Shown piece by piece: positions 25,133 to 27,386 of a stretch of 27,386 nucleotides of DNA. The notes below the pieces were generated by a model that did no database searches, was not told the origin of the DNA, and saw only the letters and a program-made list of their open reading frames with translations. The DNA comes from Thermoplasmata archaeon (GTDB lineage Archaea; Thermoplasmatota; B47-G6), in NCBI GenBank assembly GCA_003663585.1, contig QMTU01000001.1, positions 1 to 27,386 of the forward strand, read 5' to 3'. How positions within the stretch are numbered: position 1 is the stretch's first letter; each line of letters begins with the position of its first letter. The position numbers and the translations under genes were made by a program.

Positions 25133-25891
25133 TTATGGCAACTCACCATTCAAAAATTTTTGGCAGTTAAACAGCTTTTGTCTGGTTATGGTAGTATATT
25201 TATCCATTGCTCTCTCCGCATATGCCTCTGCCATGCTGCCATTATTATAGCGTCTCCAGGCAAGTCTGTGGCTGTATTCATATCTTTGAAGTAGATACAT
25301 ATAATGGAGGAGAAATACTTTCGTAGCCTCTAAAGGATCTAACAAAAGTCTCACAAGATATTCGTCGTTTTCTGATGCAATTGATAACACCTTGGTTTGT
25401 CTGCCAGTAAGGCGGACAGTATCTAGTTTGAACTGGTATATTCCCACTTCGCCAGCACTACCAATCATGAACTCATACATTGTCTCTTGCTCTGCTGTTA
25501 CCAGAGCGGAGATACACAAGTCCAGCTTTCTCTCGGGGCTAATACTGGGAAATACCTGCTGAATCGCTTGCGGGATTGCCTGGATAAATGTAGGTATTCT
25601 ATCGTACCGTCGTCTCATACTCAGCCGCCAGGATATTGCATTTTCGCATGCTGCTTGCCAGTCATCTTCCGTAGGAATATAAATGTATACTCTGCTGCCA
25701 GCCAGCAGTTTGCGGGGAAAATTGTTTTGAACTAGAAGATCTTTGACACGATATGGAGACTTGTAGTATTGAATGGAAATACCTCTCCATGTTTCTCCTT
25801 GTTGGACGTCATGTACTATGCAGCGTGCCTTTGCTTCTAGCGGGAGAACAAAGAGCAAGCTCAATAAGGCTTTTACCGCGCCATAGCGCAT
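25133..25891 (-). CDS. LysM + lytic transglycosylase (SLT-like) protein
   Basis: Signal peptide; LysM-like HDVQQGETWRGIS...N...LLAGSRVYI; QET (catalytic Glu), GEVGIYQF, WRRYNNG. Confidence 0.7.
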   Translation of the reverse strand: MRYGAVKALLSLLFVLPLEAKARCIVHDVQQGETWRGISIQYYKSPYRVKDLLVQNNFPRKLLAGSRVYIYIPTEDDWQAACENAISWRLSMRRRYDRIPTFIQAIPQAIQQVFPSISPERKLDLCISALVTAEQETMYEFMIGSAGEVGIYQFKLDTVRLTGRQTKVLSIASENDEYLVRLLLDPLEATKVFLLHYMYLLQRYEYSHRLAWRRYNNGSMAEAYAERAMDKYTTITRQKLFNCQKFLNGELP

Positions 25892-26205
25892 TCTGTATCG
25901 TCTCCACCATAAACTTCAATAGATTCTATTGGAGATGAGACAAGGGTTGTTTGCAGTGAGATTACCTTCTCGTCTGTATTCGGAATAGACAAGCATCGAA
26001 GTGGTTGTCCTACGCATATGGTATTGAGAAAGAAGTTTCCTTTCTCGGTTTCTCGATCGTTTTCGTCTAGTGTGCTTACCTTCACTGCCCGAAAACCGTT
26101 CATGGTATAACCAGGAACGATTTTATAAATCTCGTCCTCCGTATCTACAATTAATACAACGTTTTCCGGCAACTCGCTGAGATCTGCTCGTCTTACTTTA
26201 TGCAT
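25873..26205 (-). CDS. Hypothetical protein
   Basis: Start refined to ATG 26205 (GGAGGAG RBS). Confidence 0.55.
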   Translation of the reverse strand: MHKVRRADLSELPENVVLIVDTEDEIYKIVPGYTMNGFRAVKVSTLDENDRETEKGNFFLNTICVGQPLRCLSIPNTDEKVISLQTTLVSSPIESIEVYGGDDTECAMAR

Positions 26206-26224
26206 AACTCCTCCTTTCCCATAA

Positions 26225-27004
26225 CTATAACTCTCCAACTATAACCGTCCTACCTACATGGACTGTTGGTGAGTCATCTTGTGTTATAAGCAGCCATTTA
26301 TCTGTATCTATTATAAGTCCACCGTCTCCTTCCGTTATCGCTATCTGAGCTAGTATCACATTTCCTCTTCGAAGAAGTACATTTCTGTCTGTTGGCTTTA
26401 TAGGAATAATGGGCTCTTCAAATGACGAGAGTCCTATTCCATGTGAGACAATATTCGGAATTACAGTAATATTGTTCTGCTTGGCCGATTCAGTTATCAT
26501 ACCTGCAATGGCATTGCTAGCAATATTGCCGTAATTCAGCATGCTTATAATTTGAGCTAGTATGCTATAGGCAACCCCGACTAGCTTGCTATATAACCTA
26601 GTTGGGGTGCGGTATGTTAGAGTGTCAATCATTGCGACACACATACCGTCTAGTCTGACGCTAACATCTATTGATATCAAGTCTCCCGGTTGGAACTCTG
26701 TATCGGTAGGCTTGGATCTACTCACCTCCTCATTAACTGCAACTGAGGTATGATATCCATATTCTGGAACTCGGTTGTTAAGCGTGAGGTTTGGGTAAAG
26801 AGGTTCGATTGGTATTCCAGTAGCACGGGTAGAGTCCAAGTAATCCCTAAAGGAGTACTCTATATCCATTGGACTTTTATAGGCGCCGTTTCTAGTCTCC
26901 TTTATTGTCTTATTCATCCATTTTGTTACTAGGTCTCTTGCTATCCTGACTATGTTGATCTGTTGGGCACTGTATAGCCTGGTCGCCCTGTGGTTTCCGG
27001 GCAT
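26225..27004 (-). CDS. Methionine aminopeptidase (M24)-fold protein, probably catalytically inactive
   Basis: SVAVNEEV, GDLISIDV, SHGIG, EEP, DKW landmarks present, but several metal ligands substituted. Confidence 0.8.
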   Translation of the reverse strand: MPGNHRATRLYSAQQINIVRIARDLVTKWMNKTIKETRNGAYKSPMDIEYSFRDYLDSTRATGIPIEPLYPNLTLNNRVPEYGYHTSVAVNEEVSRSKPTDTEFQPGDLISIDVSVRLDGMCVAMIDTLTYRTPTRLYSKLVGVAYSILAQIISMLNYGNIASNAIAGMITESAKQNNITVIPNIVSHGIGLSSFEEPIIPIKPTDRNVLLRRGNVILAQIAITEGDGGLIIDTDKWLLITQDDSPTVHVGRTVIVGEL

Positions 27005-27386
27005 AATTCGTCTCCTTCAGAGCTAGTCTGCTTTGGTGTATTAATGTCTCAAGAATAATTGGATCTGTTTTATCAAATCCGCTAAAATGCCCTAAAAGCT
27101 CTTTGGCTTCTGTGGTAGAAGTGCTCTTCAAAGCTTCTATAGAAGCTATAGCAGCGTTGCGTAGATCTGCTGGAGTATTTCTATGTGCACACATACCGGT
27201 AGTCGCTATCCAGCAGTCACTGCAGGTTTGTGTTCTACACGGTGGCCAGGCCATCGGGTTTATGGCATCGGCAAGCATCTGTCCACCCGCTAGACTTGCT
27301 AGCTTTAAGATAAGAAGACCAAGCTCTTCGAGGTTATTATCACTTTTTTCAATTACGCGGGTAAGAACATGAAAACACTCGAAGAA
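26910..27386 (-). CDS. Hypothetical protein, 5'-truncated by the window edge
   Basis: Frame of the 26910..27278 ORF stays open to the window end (FFECFHVLTRVIEK...). Confidence 0.55.
   Translation of the reverse strand, partial: FFECFHVLTRVIEKSDNNLEELGLLILKLASLAGGQMLADAINPMAWPPCRTQTCSDCWIATTGMCAHRNTPADLRNAAIASIEALKSTSTTEAKELLGHFSGFDKTDPIILETLIHQSRLALKETNYARKPQGDQAIQCPTDQHSQDSKRPSNKMDE

Noticed and set aside
22-27372. Numerous plus-strand ORFs in the track
   Set aside because: All lie antisense to better-supported minus-strand genes and show no recognisable motifs
1-27386. CRISPR array, tRNAs, introns/inteins, transposases, stop-codon recoding
   Set aside because: No regular repeats, cloverleafs or splicing motifs seen; recognisable genes are full length and TAA, TAG and TGA all end genes

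Overview
This looks like an accessory region of a large (jumbo-type) bacteriophage; that is an inference, since no capsid, terminase or replicative polymerase gene lies in the window. About 55 tightly packed genes are all on the minus strand, read in the standard code, with GGAG(G) RBSs and frequent ATGA/TAATG overlaps. The main signal is an apparently complete ubiquitin-like conjugation system: ThiF/E1, a JAB/JAMM isopeptidase, a 76-aa beta-grasp Ubl ending in -GA, three paralogous E2-like proteins (HPHVx5[IV]C) each fused to Cys-rich Zn fingers, and a second Ubl paralog with an altered tail. A 380-nt tmRNA lies immediately upstream of the core operon and encodes an atypical tag (ADDSLAFMASVADMASMSGSRAYV). 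The window also holds an RNA-repair set (RNA ligase, HAD phosphatase, RlaP-like and CCA-like nucleotidyltransferases, P-loop kinase), a minimal PolX, a heptose-kinase/cupin/NTP-transferase set, three exported trypsin-like proteases, a C39-like peptidase, a Zn deaminase, SpoVG with an SSB-like tail, a LysM-transglycosylase and a Map homolog missing most metal ligands. Family calls come from motif recognition by eye; no searches were run.
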